64,000 nucleotides of DNA from Phaeosaccion multiseriatum (lineage: Eukaryota > Protista > Ochrophyta, other classes). Shown piece by piece: positions 1 through 12,158 of this stretch. A program made the position numbers and the translations under genes. The stretch spans positions 372,001 to 436,000 of the forward strand of contig OZ218962.1 in the NCBI GenBank assembly GCA_965112735.1. Reading direction: 5' to 3'. The first letter of the stretch is position 1; the number at the start of each line of letters is the position of its first letter. The notes beneath the pieces are model-generated. The model did no database searches and was not told the origin of the DNA. It saw only the letters and a program-made list of their open reading frames with translations.

Positions 1-1364
1 CAGCGTAGTGCAGAGCAGTTCCCCCCCCCGCGCCATGTCGATCCACGTCTGCCCCTGCCGATACGAGCTGACGCAGCATCTCAGCGTGTCCATGTAGCGC
101 TGCCCACATGAGAGCAGTAGCCCCCTTATTATTGGCTGCATCCACCTCAGGCCCGGCCGTGAGTAGGATATGCAGGGCATGCCCATGTCCGGCTTCAGCA
201 GCGTAGTGCAGAGCAGGAAGGCCGTGGTTGTCATGTCGATCCACGTCTGCCCCTGCCGATAGGAGCTCACGCAGAGCCTCAGCGTGTCCACCATTCGCTG
301 CCACCATGAGAGCAGTAACCCCCTTCGCGCCATGTCGATCCACGTCTGCCCCTGCCGATACGAGCTCACGTAGTACTCCACCTTGTCCCAGCTCCGCGGC
401 CGTCATGAGAGGTGTCCTTCCGTCATCATCAGCTGCATCCACCTCGGCACCTGCTGCGAGAAGCCGCCTCGCTATCTCTGCATGACCATTGCCGATAGCC
501 GCAAGAAGTGGCGAAGTTCCGTCGTTGCTCAGTTGGTTCACATTCGCATTGGCCGCGAGGAGAAGCTTCACTGTCTCCTCATTGTTGCCCCGTGAAGCGA
601 AGGTCAGAGGTGTAGCTCCGTTGTTGTTGGCTCGATTCACATTGGCGCCCCCCGCGAGTAAAGCTCTGACGACTTCTGTGTGCCCACAGGCTGAAGCTGC
701 ACTCAAGGCCGTCCCCATGCCCACTGCTTGATCTAAATCAGCACGGGCCTCCATCAGTATCTGCACAACGTTCAGATGGCCATTCATGCAAGCCCCTATC
801 AATGGTGTGCAATCGTCAGGAGGAGTCATCGCTTCGTGGTTTGGAGATGCCCCTTCCCTCAGTAGAAGCTCCACGATGTCTGCTCTACCCCCCATCGCCG
901 CTACAGTCATTGGAGTGTACCCCTCAGCACATATCGCGGTGTCGAGGCAAGCCTTCCTTCCCCCCTCTTTGGCAACAAGGGCGCTGATGGCCAGTTTGAC
1001 ATTCTTGATAGTCTTCCACCCGCGGATGGCGTTGTAGAGGCGCGTGGCCTTGTATCGGCCGAGGAAGAAGAGAGCAAGGGGGGCGAAAAGGGTGGGAAAC
1101 CAGAGGGGCGGTGAGTCACGGCTCTCGGGAGGCGAGCCGCTTAAGGGCGAGCCCTTCGCCACAGCAGCCAAAGGAATGGAACGGAGAAGAAGCGACAGAG
1201 GGAAGATAACGCGCATTGCCAAAGTCTTCGAATGCAGTCCGGTTCAACAAACAGTGCGGCGATACCAAGCGCTTCCAATGGTAGCTGCCCCCTCTCCGCC
1301 CTCTCTTCTGTAAACGTACCTCTCCGCTCACTCGAGGGGGGGGTCCTCCGCTGCTCTGGGCCAT
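1..1364 (-). CDS. Ankyrin-repeat protein, paralogue ANK-1 (3' end runs off the left edge). Exons 1364-1320 and 1048-<1
   Basis: Exon 1 encodes MAQSSGGPPPRVSGE and is followed by a GTACGT donor. The acceptor is AAG|GCC ACG CGC (ATRLY...). The frame then stays open through repeats of the form G-x-T-(P/A)-L-x-x-A-A-x-x-G-H. All six paralogues share this two-exon layout. Confidence 0.85.
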
Positions 1365-2761
1365 GCTGGCGCGGCGAGAGACGAAAGAAAGCCTGTAGCA
1401 GGGCTAGCCGCAAGAGGCCCTCAGAGACGGTATTCACTCTGCACCGCCACCATCGCGCTTGCTATTGAAACAACGCCACCTCTCTCCCGGCAGCTAGAGA
1501 TTCCCCGGGGGGGGGGCTGCTGCAACAAACTTATACTCACACTCCATCTGTATGGCGCCCCTGTGGCTCACAGCACCCTCAACAGCACGGAGTACGGAGC
1601 GCTTGTAGCCTCAATGCAGAGCGCAACCCGCACTCTCATGATCATGACACGCTGCTTTTCTGTGTTATCCATTGTACCCGTGCGCAAGAGCAACGTCACG
1701 TTCCTAACCTAACTACCTTTTATGCGTGTGTGCGCGTGCGCCTCAGAACAATCGAGCTGCACCCCCCTTTGTGCTTGCCTTGTGTGTTACTGCCCCTCTT
1801 CCCGCTTCTAAGATCTAGGGAAGCTAGCGCAGGGCAGCTCGACATTTAGCAATTGGGGGAGAAAAATAAAACGAAGAGGCACTACACCGCCCCCCAAGCC
1901 ATCCCACACCCCCCCAGAGCGCGGCAGTTTCCTATGCCAAGAAATGTATACTCAAACTCCGGCCTTGTCTCTCTTGTGGATGACGAGCCCTCGGGTGGAG
2001 GATGCAGGCTACGAAGGCACACAGAGAAAGCGGGTGGATGAGTTGTCAAGGGAGTTGGTTCCTTCTTTCATTGCGGACGCGCTGCGAGTATGGGGGTGGG
2101 GGCGAAATTGCCAGCAAAGTACCCTGACAGTAAGTACATTTATCGTCCCCGATGCCTGGGCAGAGCTCACGCGGGGCCAACTTTCCGCACCCTCTGCTAC
2201 CCTCTCACACCATGCATACCGAACATTCCTCTCCCTCTCCCTGCTTCATGTACTACCCACGGCCGCTTTCTCTTGCTGGGAGTGCGGCTGCATCCCGCCC
2301 TGCCGATGGCTGCACATCAAAGCCACTCCCTCATCAAACGGGTTGGCTTCTTTCTCCCTTTCCCGTGTACCCCACACCATGCTATCTCCCGTACCCTTTT
2401 GCTAGTCCAAGTCCCACAAGCTGCAGGGAAGAGAGCCGCTGCCCCCTCCGTCGGCTGCGGTGAAAGCGAAGGCGTTTGATGCGCTTGCCTCTCCTGCCCC
2501 TCTTTAGCCGCACAGTGCCATCCCACCTCCCCCCGCCGTGCCGTGCTGCTGCTCCATCACTGGCCTCGTTCTCATTCCGCCACCCTCTCCACACTTCCAT
2601 CTGTCTGTGTCGCTGCTCGTCTGTGCGTGGCTGGTGTGCTCGAACTAATCTATTCCATCCGACGCTTGCATCCACAGTCCCACTGGCGAGTGTGCACTCC
2701 AACCCCCCCCCCCCACACCCCCCTCCTCGCTCGCTTCGAGGCCGTGATCTCTCTCCCCTTT

Positions 2762-4852
2762 TCAATGCGTGTTTTGCTTCGCCCACCTGGAAGCGTCATC
2801 GGCTCCACGCATGCCTGCGGCCACTTCCAGCACGTTGTCGGAAGACACGCCCCTCTCCTGCGGCGGTAGGCCCCTCTCCTTGCCGAAGGTCACGTCGCAC
2901 GTCCGCATCATATCCGCAGGGCTTTGGGAGTCGAAGTACCGCTTGTCTGCCATCAGAAGACGGTCACGGACCTCTTGCGGGAGACCAAGCTCTCGAGCCG
3001 CAGTCAGAGCCTTGCCCACAGACGCCCCTGCGCAGAGAAGCTCGTGCATCGCCCCTCCATGATTGTGGTATGCTGCAAAGAGGAGGGGAGTTCCTCCGAT
3101 GTCATCCTCGCTATCCACCTCTGCCCCCGCCTTGACCAGGAGGTGCTGCATAAGGCCATGTCCTTCGCTCGCGGCGTAGTGCAGAGCAGTACGGTCGTGG
3201 TGGTCATGTCTATCCACGTCTGCCCCTGCCGATAGGAGCTCACGCAGCAACTCAGCGTGTCCATTACCCGCTGCCTCCATGAGAGCAGTAGCCCCCTTAT
3301 TATTGGCTGCATCCACCTCAGCCCCGGCCGTGAGCAGGATGTTCAGGGCATGCCCATGTCCGGCGCTAGCAGCGTAGTGCAGAGCCGTAACCCCCTTCGC
3401 GTCATGTCGATCCACGTCTGCCCCTGCCGATACGAGCTCACGCAGCACCTCAGCGTGTCCGGTAGCCGCTGCCGCCATGAGAGCAGTAGCCCCCTTATCA
3501 TTGGCTGCATCCACCTCAGCCCCGGCCGTGAGCAGGATGTTCAGGGCATGCCCATGTCCGGCGCTAGCAGCGTAGTGCAGAGCCGTAACCCCCTTCGCGT
3601 CATGTCAATCAACGTCTACCCCTGCCGATACGAGCGCACGCAGCACCTCCGCATGTCCACTACCCGCTGCAAACATGAGAGCAGTCCTCCCCTCCTCGGC
3701 ATGTCGATCCACGTCTGCCCCTGCCGATATGAGCGCACGCAGAGCCTCAGCGTGTACATTATCCGCTGCCACCATGAGAGCAGTCATCCCCTCCGCGTCA
3801 TATCGATCGACGTCTGCCCCTGCCGATATGAGCTCACGCAGAGCCTCAGCGTGTCCACTAAGCGCTGCCGCCATAAGAGCAGTAACCCCCTTTGCGTCAT
3901 GTCGATCCACGTCTGCCCCTGCTGAGATGAGCTCACGTAATACCCCACCGTGTCCGCAGCCCGCGGCCTCGATGAGAGGTGTCCTTCCGTCATCATCAGC
4001 TGCATCCACCTCGGCATCTGCTGCGAGGAGCCGCCTCGCTATCTCTGTATGACCTTTGCCGCTGGCCACAAGAAGTGGCGAAGTTCCGTCGTTGCTCAGT
4101 TGAGGTGTAGCTCCGTTGTTGTTGGCTCGATTCACATTGGCGCCCCCCGCGAGTAAAGCTCTGACGACTTCTGTGTGCCCACAGTCTGAAGCTGCACTCA
4201 AGGCCGTCCCCTTGTCAACTGCTTGATCTAAATCAGCACCGGCCTCCATCAGTATCTGCACGACGTTCAGATGGCCCCTTACACATGCGAACATCAATGG
4301 CGTTAAAACATCAGGAGTCATCGCTTTGAGGTTTGGAGATGCCCCTTCCCCCAATAGAAGCTCCACGATGTCTGCTCTACCCCCAAACGCCGCTGCTGTC
4401 ATTGGGGTGTGCCCGTCAGCACATATCGCGGCGTCAAGGCAAGCCTTCCTTCCCCCCTCTTTGGCGACGAAGGCGCTGATGGCTTGTTTGACCTCCTTTT
4501 TACTCTTGCCCCCCCTGATGGCCTTGTAGAGGCGCGTGGCCTTGTATCGGCCCAGGAAGGAGAGAATCAGGGAAGGCAAAAAGACCGTAAAACCAGAGGG
4601 GCGGTGAGTCACTGCTCTCGGGAGGCGACCCGCTTAAGGGCGAGCCCTTTGCAAGCCAGAGGGATGGAGTGGAGAAGAAGCGGCAGAGGGATGATAACGC
4701 GCATTGCCAAAGTCTTCGAATGCACTCCGGTTCAACAAACAGTGCGGCGATACCAAGCGCTTCCAATGGTAGCTGCCCCGTCTCCGCCCTCCCTTCTGTA
4801 AACGTACCTCTCCGCTCACTCGAGGGGGGGGTCCTCCGCTGCTCTGGGCCAT
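2762..4852 (-). pseudogene. Ankyrin-repeat paralogue ANK-2 (~14 repeats) with a premature stop. Exons 4852-4808 and 4540-2762
   Basis: The conserved GAT CGA CAT (D-R-H) reads GAT TGA CAT at 3605-3607. The frame continues downstream to the normal C-terminus (ORF 2762-3514 is in the same frame). There is also a 69-nt in-frame deletion in repeat 4 relative to ANK-4. Confidence 0.8.
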
Positions 4853-6575
4853 GCTGGCGCGGCGAGAGACGAAAGAAAGCCTGTAGCAGGGCTAACAGCA
4901 GGAGGCCCTCAGAGACGGTATTCACTCTGCACCGCCACCATCGCGCTTGCTACTGAAACAACGCCACCTTCTCTCTCCCGGCAGCTAGAGATTCATTCCC
5001 CCGGGGGGGCGGGGGCTGGTGCCAATAAACTTGTACTCACACTCCGATATATACGGCCCTGGTGGCTCACAGCACCCTCAACAACACGGAGTACGGAGCG
5101 CTTGTAGCCTCAATGCAGAGCGCAACCCGCACTCTCATGACAACGACACGCTGCTATTCTGTATTATCGATGCGCCAGAGCAACGTCACGTCCCTAACCT
5201 CACTACCTTTTACGTGTGTGTGTGCGTGCGCGCCTCACAGCAGTCGAACTGCACCCCCCTTCTTTGGCTCCAACCCCCCCACTACTCTCATCATACTCCG
5301 AGCTAATAAGCTCCAGTATTCACCCCCCCCCCTCTCCCTCTCCCTCCTCCCTCCTGGAGGATGCCTCACGGCCCTCCACTGCTAGACTCCGTTCCGAGCG
5401 GCCCGCGCCCTAAATGGAGCACCGCCTTCTTCTCACAGCTCGCGACGCTGGGTGCTCTCCCGTCACCACACTCACGCCCCTCAATCCGCTTGCTCATGAT
5501 GGTTCGTCCTCGCTACCCGTGCTTCTGCCCTCGCATCTCTCTCAGATACAGCCCTCTGCTTCAGCGCATTTCCTCGGCCATGCCCTCTAACGTCTCGCTC
5601 TGCATGCCTCCGGGCCTCTCCAGCAGTGGCACCCCCTTCTCCGCATTAGATTCACCACGCGCAGACCCCTCAATATGATGCTTCGTCCGTCCGTCTGAGT
5701 CACTGCGCAGCTTCGGAATCCATGGAGGCATCACCGAGACGAGGTGCAGCTCTGTGCTGGGCTTGGTTGGTTGCCGGAGACGGCGACAAGCAGCTAGGGG
5801 ACTCTGGATTGATCAGGCGGGTGACGAGCGTGACCAAGGGAAGCGATGGATGTAGTTACTGTATTTGATGTGATTGGGAGGCTGCTGCTAGCTACTGCAG
5901 GAGGAAGCGCCTTGTTCGACTAATGGGATCCCTCTTCCCTTTTAGTCGAGGTTCTACTCGTACAATCGGCTCTACTTGTAAAATCGAGGCTCCACCATAT
6001 TTGTAGAATCGAGAGGCCTGCTACGTTCTTCCCTGCTCCCGCTCTGCGTGGCGTGCCCTTCCTTGTTCGTTGCTCGTTGCTTCGCTTCGCGCTGGCTTCT
6101 CCCCGTGGATACGAACCGATCCCCTCCGACCGACAGGAAGAGCGCAAAGAGAAGCAAGTAAGTGAGTGCACGGCACGACGCACAGGGCGGGCACCGGCTC
6201 CATCAATGGGTCCCGACACCTGGCACTCCCCCGCCCTCCTCGGGAGCGGGGTGTCGAGATAGGCCTTAAAGGAAGGAAGGACGGGGGGAGGGGGCAGGCT
6301 GCAGAACATCCCCGGCCCTGAGCTCTCGCTCGGCCCGGCGCTTTGACCCTGACCCCCTTGTGCTCTGCGCAGGTGAAGCCTGCCTATATGCCTCTACTGC
6401 CCCCCTTCCCCTCCTGGGCCCTGTGACCGCGCTGCTCGCACTCATCTCTACTGCCGCCGCCGCCGTCAGACATCAACCCATCCCGCAGGTGCGTGCGTGC
6501 GTGCGTGCGTGCGTGTAAACCTGTGTCAGTGCGGGCAGCCTCCGTGCCACGGGAGCTCCAAGTGCAGTCTCTCTT

Positions 6576-7599
6576 TCAGTAGTTTTTGTGTCTTCCGAAA
6601 GAGATGCCCCCTGGCCGGCCGAACGCCCCCCCGCCCACGATTGAGGAAGAAGTGCCCCCCCCTGCCCCTGCCACACCCCCCGCCCCGTAGCCAGCGAGGC
6701 CCGTCCCGGCTCCTCTCGACATGCCCCCCAGCCCTCCCAAGCCACTCAGGCCCTGCGCTCCCACCCCTCCTCCTCCTCCTCCTCCTCCTCCTCCTCCTCC
6801 TCCCACCCCTCCTCCCAAGGGTACTCCCAAGCCTCCGACGGGCATGCTAAAGCTGCTCCCGCCGCTCCCTCTTCTGCCGCCACTGCCCAAACCCAACGTG
6901 CTGCCTCCTCCCCCATACACCCCATTGCCCATGAGACTTGCTCCTCCCCCGGGGGGCTTGTACTGCTTGGTGGCGCTGCCCTGCCCTGACCCCGGGCCGT
7001 ACCTAGCAACGCCTCTAAACCTCCCTCCTCCTCCGCCTCCTCCGCTGCTCCCCAAACCCCCTCCTCCGCTACTCCCTAGCCCTCCACCTCCACCCACCAC
7101 CCCTCCTCCTCCTCCTCCTCCTCCTCCTCCTCCTCCTCCTCCTCCTCCCCCCCTACTGCCGGGCCTGTGTAGACCCCCAAGGCAGGTTTGGTGCCGCCCG
7201 CACTGGTGCTGTACAAGCTCCCTCCACCGCTATATAAGCCCCCCCCCCCCAGGGGGTGCGCCTGTTCTGCTGCTATAGAGGCTCCCTCCCCCTCCCCCTA
7301 TTGATGCCCTTTCCCCTCCTCCTCCCCCTCCTCCTCCTGCAAAGCTGCTGCCGCCCCTCCCAAGCGAGAACTCGCTCCCTGTCCCTGCTCCTGTCGCCGC
7401 TATACCGCTCTTCATGGCCTGATATGACGTATTCTTCCCCTGCCTATGTTGTTCGTGCTGCTGGTGCTCGTGTTGTTGTTGGTGTAGTTGCTGGTGTTGT
7501 TGTTGTCGTAGTTGCTGGTACTATTGTTGGTGTAGTCGTTGCTGATGCTGCTGCTGCATCCGTGGCTGCGGCACCCCATACCCTCCTGCCACCGGAAGT
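6576..7599 (-). pseudogene. Truncated duplicate of the last exon (Gln/Gly-rich tail) of the MAK-like kinase
   Basis: Matches 16405-17459 and ends in the same ...[11 protein letters not shown]. It lacks the kinase domain and carries indels near 7150 and a stop codon in the decayed poly-Q tract. Confidence 0.85.
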
Positions 7600-7660
7600 A
7601 GCCCCCCCCCCCCACACCCCCCTCCTCGCTCGCTTCGAGGCCATGATTGCTCTCCCCTTT

Positions 7661-10634
7661 TCAATGCGTGTCTCGCTTCGCCCACCTGGAAGCGTCATCG
7701 GCTCCGCGCATGCCTGCGGCCACTTCCAGCACGTTGTCGGAAGACACGCCCCTCTCCTGCGGCGGTAGGCCCCTCTCCTTGCCGAAGGTCGAGTCGCACG
7801 TCCGCATAATGTCCGCAGGGCTTTGGGAGTCGAAGTATCGCTTGTCTGCCATCAGAAGACGATCACGGACCTCTTGCAGGACGTCAGGATCTCGAACAGC
7901 AGTCAGAGCCTTGCCCACAGACGCCCCTGCGCAGAGAAGCTTGTGCATCGCCCCTCCACGATTGCGGTATGCTGCGAAGAGGAGGGGAGTTCTTCCTCTG
8001 TCATCCTCGCTATCCACCTCTGCCCCCGCCTTGAGCAGGATGTGCAGTATAAGGCCATGTCCTTCGCTCGCGGCGTAGTGCAGAGCAGTAGGCCCCTTCA
8101 CCATATGTCGATCAACGTCTGCCCCTGCCGACACGAGCGCACGCAGCACCTCCGCGTATCCATGTTGCGCTGCCAATATGAGAGCAGTAGTCCCCTTATC
8201 ATTGGGTGTATCCACCTCAGCCCCGGCCGTGAGCAGGATGTGCAGGGCATGCCCATGTCCTGCGCTAGCAGCGTAGTGCAGAGCAGTACGGCCGTGGTTG
8301 TCATGTCGATCCACGTCTGCCCCTGCCGATAGGAGCTCACGCAGCACCTCAGTGTGTCCACGGCACGCTGCCGTCATGAGAGCAGTAGTACCCTCCGCGT
8401 CATGTCGATCCACGTCTGCCCCTGCCGATACGAGTGTACGCAGCACCTCAGCGTGTCCTTGAATCGCTGCCCCCATGAGAGCACTAGTCCCCTTACACTG
8501 CGCACTGGCTGCATCCACCTCAGCCCCGGCCGTGAGCAGGATGTTCAGCGCATGCCCATGTCCGGCGGTAGCAGCGTGGCGCAGAGCAGTACGGCCGTGG
8601 TCGTCATGTCGATCCACCTCTGCCCCTGCCGATACGAGTGTACGCAGCACCTCAGCGTATCCACGGTACGCTGCCATCATGAGAGCAGTAAACCCCTTTG
8701 CGTCATGTCGATCCACGTCTGCCCCTGCCGATAGGAGCTCACGCAGCACCTCAGCGTGTCCGTTAGCCGCTGCCAATATGAGAGCAGTACGGCCGTGGTC
8801 GTCATGTCGATCCACCTCTGCCCCTGCCGATACGAGCGTACGCAGCACCTCAGCGTATCCACGGTACGCTGCCATCATGAGAGCAGTAAACCCCTTTGCG
8901 TCATGTCGATCCACGTCTGCCCCTGCCGATAGGAGCTCACGCAGCACCTCAGCGTGTCCGTTAGCCGCTGCCAATATGAGAGCAGTAGTCCCCAACGGGC
9001 TAGGGCTATGCCGATCCACGTCTGCCCCTGCCGATACGATCTCACGCAGCACCTCAGCGTGTCCATTAAGCGCTGCCTCCATGAGAGCAGTAAACCCCTT
9101 TGCGTCATGTCGATCCACGTCTGCCCCTGCCGATAGGAGCTCACGCAGCACCTCAGCGTGTCCGTTAGCCGCTGCCAATATGAGAGCAGTAGTCCCCAAC
9201 GGGCTAGGGCTATGACGATCCACGTCTGCCCCTGCCGATACGATCTCACGCAGCACCTCAGCGTGTCCATTAAGCGCTGCCTCCATGAGAGCAGTATTCC
9301 CCTTTGCGTCATGTCGATCCACGTCTGCCCCTGCCGATAGGAGCTCACGCAGCACCTCAGCGTGTCCGTTAGCCGCTGCCATCATGAGAGCAGTACTCCC
9401 CTTATCATTGGCTGCATCCACCTCAGGCCCGGCCGTGAGTAGGATATGCAGGGCATGCCCATGTCCGGCTTCAGCAGCGTAGTGCAGAGCAGGAAGGCCG
9501 TGGTTGTCATGTCGATCCACGTCTGCCCCTGCCGATAGGAGCTCACGCAGAGCCTCAGCGTGTCCACCATTCGCTGCCACCATGAGAGCAGTAACCCCCT
9601 TCGCGCCATGTCGATCCACGTCTGCCCCTGCCGATACGAGCTCACGTAGTACCCCACCGTGCCCCAGCCCCGCGGCCGCGATGAGAGGTGTCCTTCCGTC
9701 ATCATCAGCTGCATCCACCTTGGCATCTGCTGCGAGTAGCCGCCTCGCTATCTCTGCATGCCCTCGGCTGCTGGCCACAAGAAGTGGCGAAGTTCCGTCT
9801 TGCTCAGTTGGTTCACATCTGCGTTGCTGGCAAGAAGCAACTCCACCACCTCCTCTTGACCACTTGACGCCGCGAACAGAGGTGTAGCTCCGTTGTTGTT
9901 GGCTCGATTCACATTGGCGCCCCCCGCGAGTAAAGCTCTGACGACTTCTGTGTGCCCACAGTCTGAAGCTGCACTCAAGGCCGTCCCCCTGTCAACTGCT
10001 CGATCTAAATCAGCACCGGCCTCCATCAGTATCTGCACGACGTTCAGATGGCCACGTATGCAAGCCCCTATCAATGGTGTGCAATCGTCAGGAGGAGTCA
10101 TCGCTTCGTGGTTTGGAGATGCTCCTTCTCCCAGTAGAAGCTCCACGATGTCTGCTCTGCCCGCCGTCGCCGCTACAGTCATTGGGGTGTGCCCGTCAGC
10201 ACATATCGCGGCGTCAAGGCAAGCCTTCCTTCCCCCCTCTTTGGTGACGAAGGCGCTGATGGCTTGTTTGACCTCCTTTTTGCTCTTGCCCCCCCTGATG
10301 GCCTTGTAGAGGCGCGTGGCCTTGTATCGGCCCAGGAAGAAGAGAGCAAGGGGGGCGAAAAGGGTGGGAAACCCGAGGAGCGGTGAGTCACGGCTCTCGG
10401 GAGGCGAGCCGCTTAAGGGCGAGCCCTTCGCCAGCAGCCAAAGGAATGGAACGGAGAAGAAGCGGCAGAGGGATGATAACGCGCATTGCCAAAGTCTTCG
10501 AATGCAGTCCGGTTCAACAAACAGTGCGGCGATACCAAGCGCTTCCAATAGTAGCTGCCCCGTCTCCGCCCTCCCTTCTATAACCGTACCTCTCCGCTCA
10601 CTCGAGGGGGGGGTCCTGCGCTGCTCTGGGCCAT
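7661..10634 (-). pseudogene. Ankyrin-repeat paralogue ANK-3 (~23 repeats) with a 1-nt frameshift. Exons 10634-10590 and 10320-7661
   Basis: At ~9799 the sequence reads agttccgtcttgctcag, versus agttccgttgttgctcag in ANK-4. This splits the gene into ORFs 9748-10548 and 7661-9778. A sequencing or assembly error cannot be excluded. Confidence 0.7.
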
Positions 10635-12158
10635 GCTGGCGCGGCGAGAAGACAAAAGAAAGCCTGTAGCAGGGCTAGCCGCAAGAGGCCCTCAGAGACG
10701 GTATTCACTCTGCACCGCCACCATCGCGCTTGCTGCTGAAACAACTCCACCTTCTCTCTCCCGGCAGCTAGAGATTCCCCCGGGGGGGGGGCTGGTGCCA
10801 ACAAACTTGTACTCACACTCCGATCTGTAGGGCGTCCTTGTGGCTCACAGCACCCTCAACAGCACGGAGTACGGAGCGCTTGTAGGCTCAATGCAGAGCG
10901 CAACCCGCACTCTCATGATAATGACACGCTGCTATTCTGTATTATCGATGCGCGAGAGCAACGTCACGTCCCTAACCTAACTACCTTTCGTGTGTGTGCG
11001 CGTGCGCCTCACAGCAGTCGAGCTTCACACCCCTTCTTTATTTCCCTCCCCCTCAACTACACTCATCTTACCCCGAGCTCATAAGCTCCAATAGGGCAGT
11101 GACAAGACAGGAGGAGAGGACGTCTGCGCAGGCCGCCTAACCTAGTGATTGCGCTTGATGAGGCAAGAGTAGGGAAGTGGAGGGCAGCTCGACATTTAGC
11201 ATCGATGGAGTCGACATTGGGGGAGAAAAGTAAAACGCAGAGACACTATATCATTGCCATAAAGTGGGTGCACCCTCCACCTCCTCCCCGAGCCATCCCC
11301 CCCCCCCCCCCTCCCCAAGAAAAGTATACTCAAACTCCGGCCTTGTCTCTCTTGTGGATGACGAGCCCTCGGATGGAGGATGCAGGCTACGAAGGCACAC
11401 AGAGTCGAGAAAGAGGGTGTGGATGAGTTGCCAAGTGAGTTGGTTCCTTCTTTCATAGCGGACGCGCTGCGAGAGTGGGGTGGGGGCGAAATTGCCAGCA
11501 AAGTACCATGACAGTGAGTACATTTCTCGTCCCCTATGCCTGGGCAGAGCTCACGCGGGGCCACCTTTCCGCACCCTCTGCTACCCTCTCACACCATGCA
11601 TACCCAACATTCCTCTCCCTCTCCCTGCTTCATGTACTACCCACGGCCGCCTTCTCTTGCTGGGAGTGCGGCTGCATCCCGCCCTGCCGATGCCTGCACA
11701 TCAAAGCCACTCCCTCATCAAACGGGTTCGCTTCTTTCTCCCTTTCCCGTGTACCCCACACCATGCTATCTCCCGTACCCTTTTGCTAGTCCAAGTCCCA
11801 CAAGCTGCAGGGAAGAGAGCCGCTGCCCCCTCCGTCGGCTGCGGTGAAAGCGAAGGCGTTCGATGTGCTCGCCCCTCCTGGCCCTGCGCTCCCCTTTCCT
11901 TAGCCACACAGTGCCATCCCACCTCCCCCCGCCGTGCCGTGCTGCTGCTCCATCACTGGCCTCGTTCTCATTCCGCCACCCTCTCCACACTTCCGTCTGT
12001 CTGTGTCGCTGCTCGCCTGTGCGTGGCTGGTGTGCTCGAACTAATCTATTCCATCCGACGCTTGCATCCACAGTCCCACTGGCGAGTGTGCACTCCAACC
12101 CCCCCCCCCCCACACCCCCCTCCTCGCTCGCTTCGAGGCCGTGATCTCTCTCCCCTTT

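Noticed and set aside
3605-3607. Selenocysteine or programmed readthrough at the in-frame TGA in ANK-2
   Set aside because: It replaces a CGA (Arg) found in sibling repeats, and a CpG transition is the simpler explanation.
5361-6309. Possible gene between the ANK promoter and the MAK 3' end (duplicated at 15188-16138)
   Set aside because: There is no recognisable domain, and ORFs differ by stops and frameshifts between the two copies. At most this is decayed coding sequence.
7661-9780. CRISPR-like regularly spaced repeats
   Set aside because: The 99-bp period is the coding unit of ankyrin repeats. There are no unique spacers or cas genes, and the context is eukaryotic.
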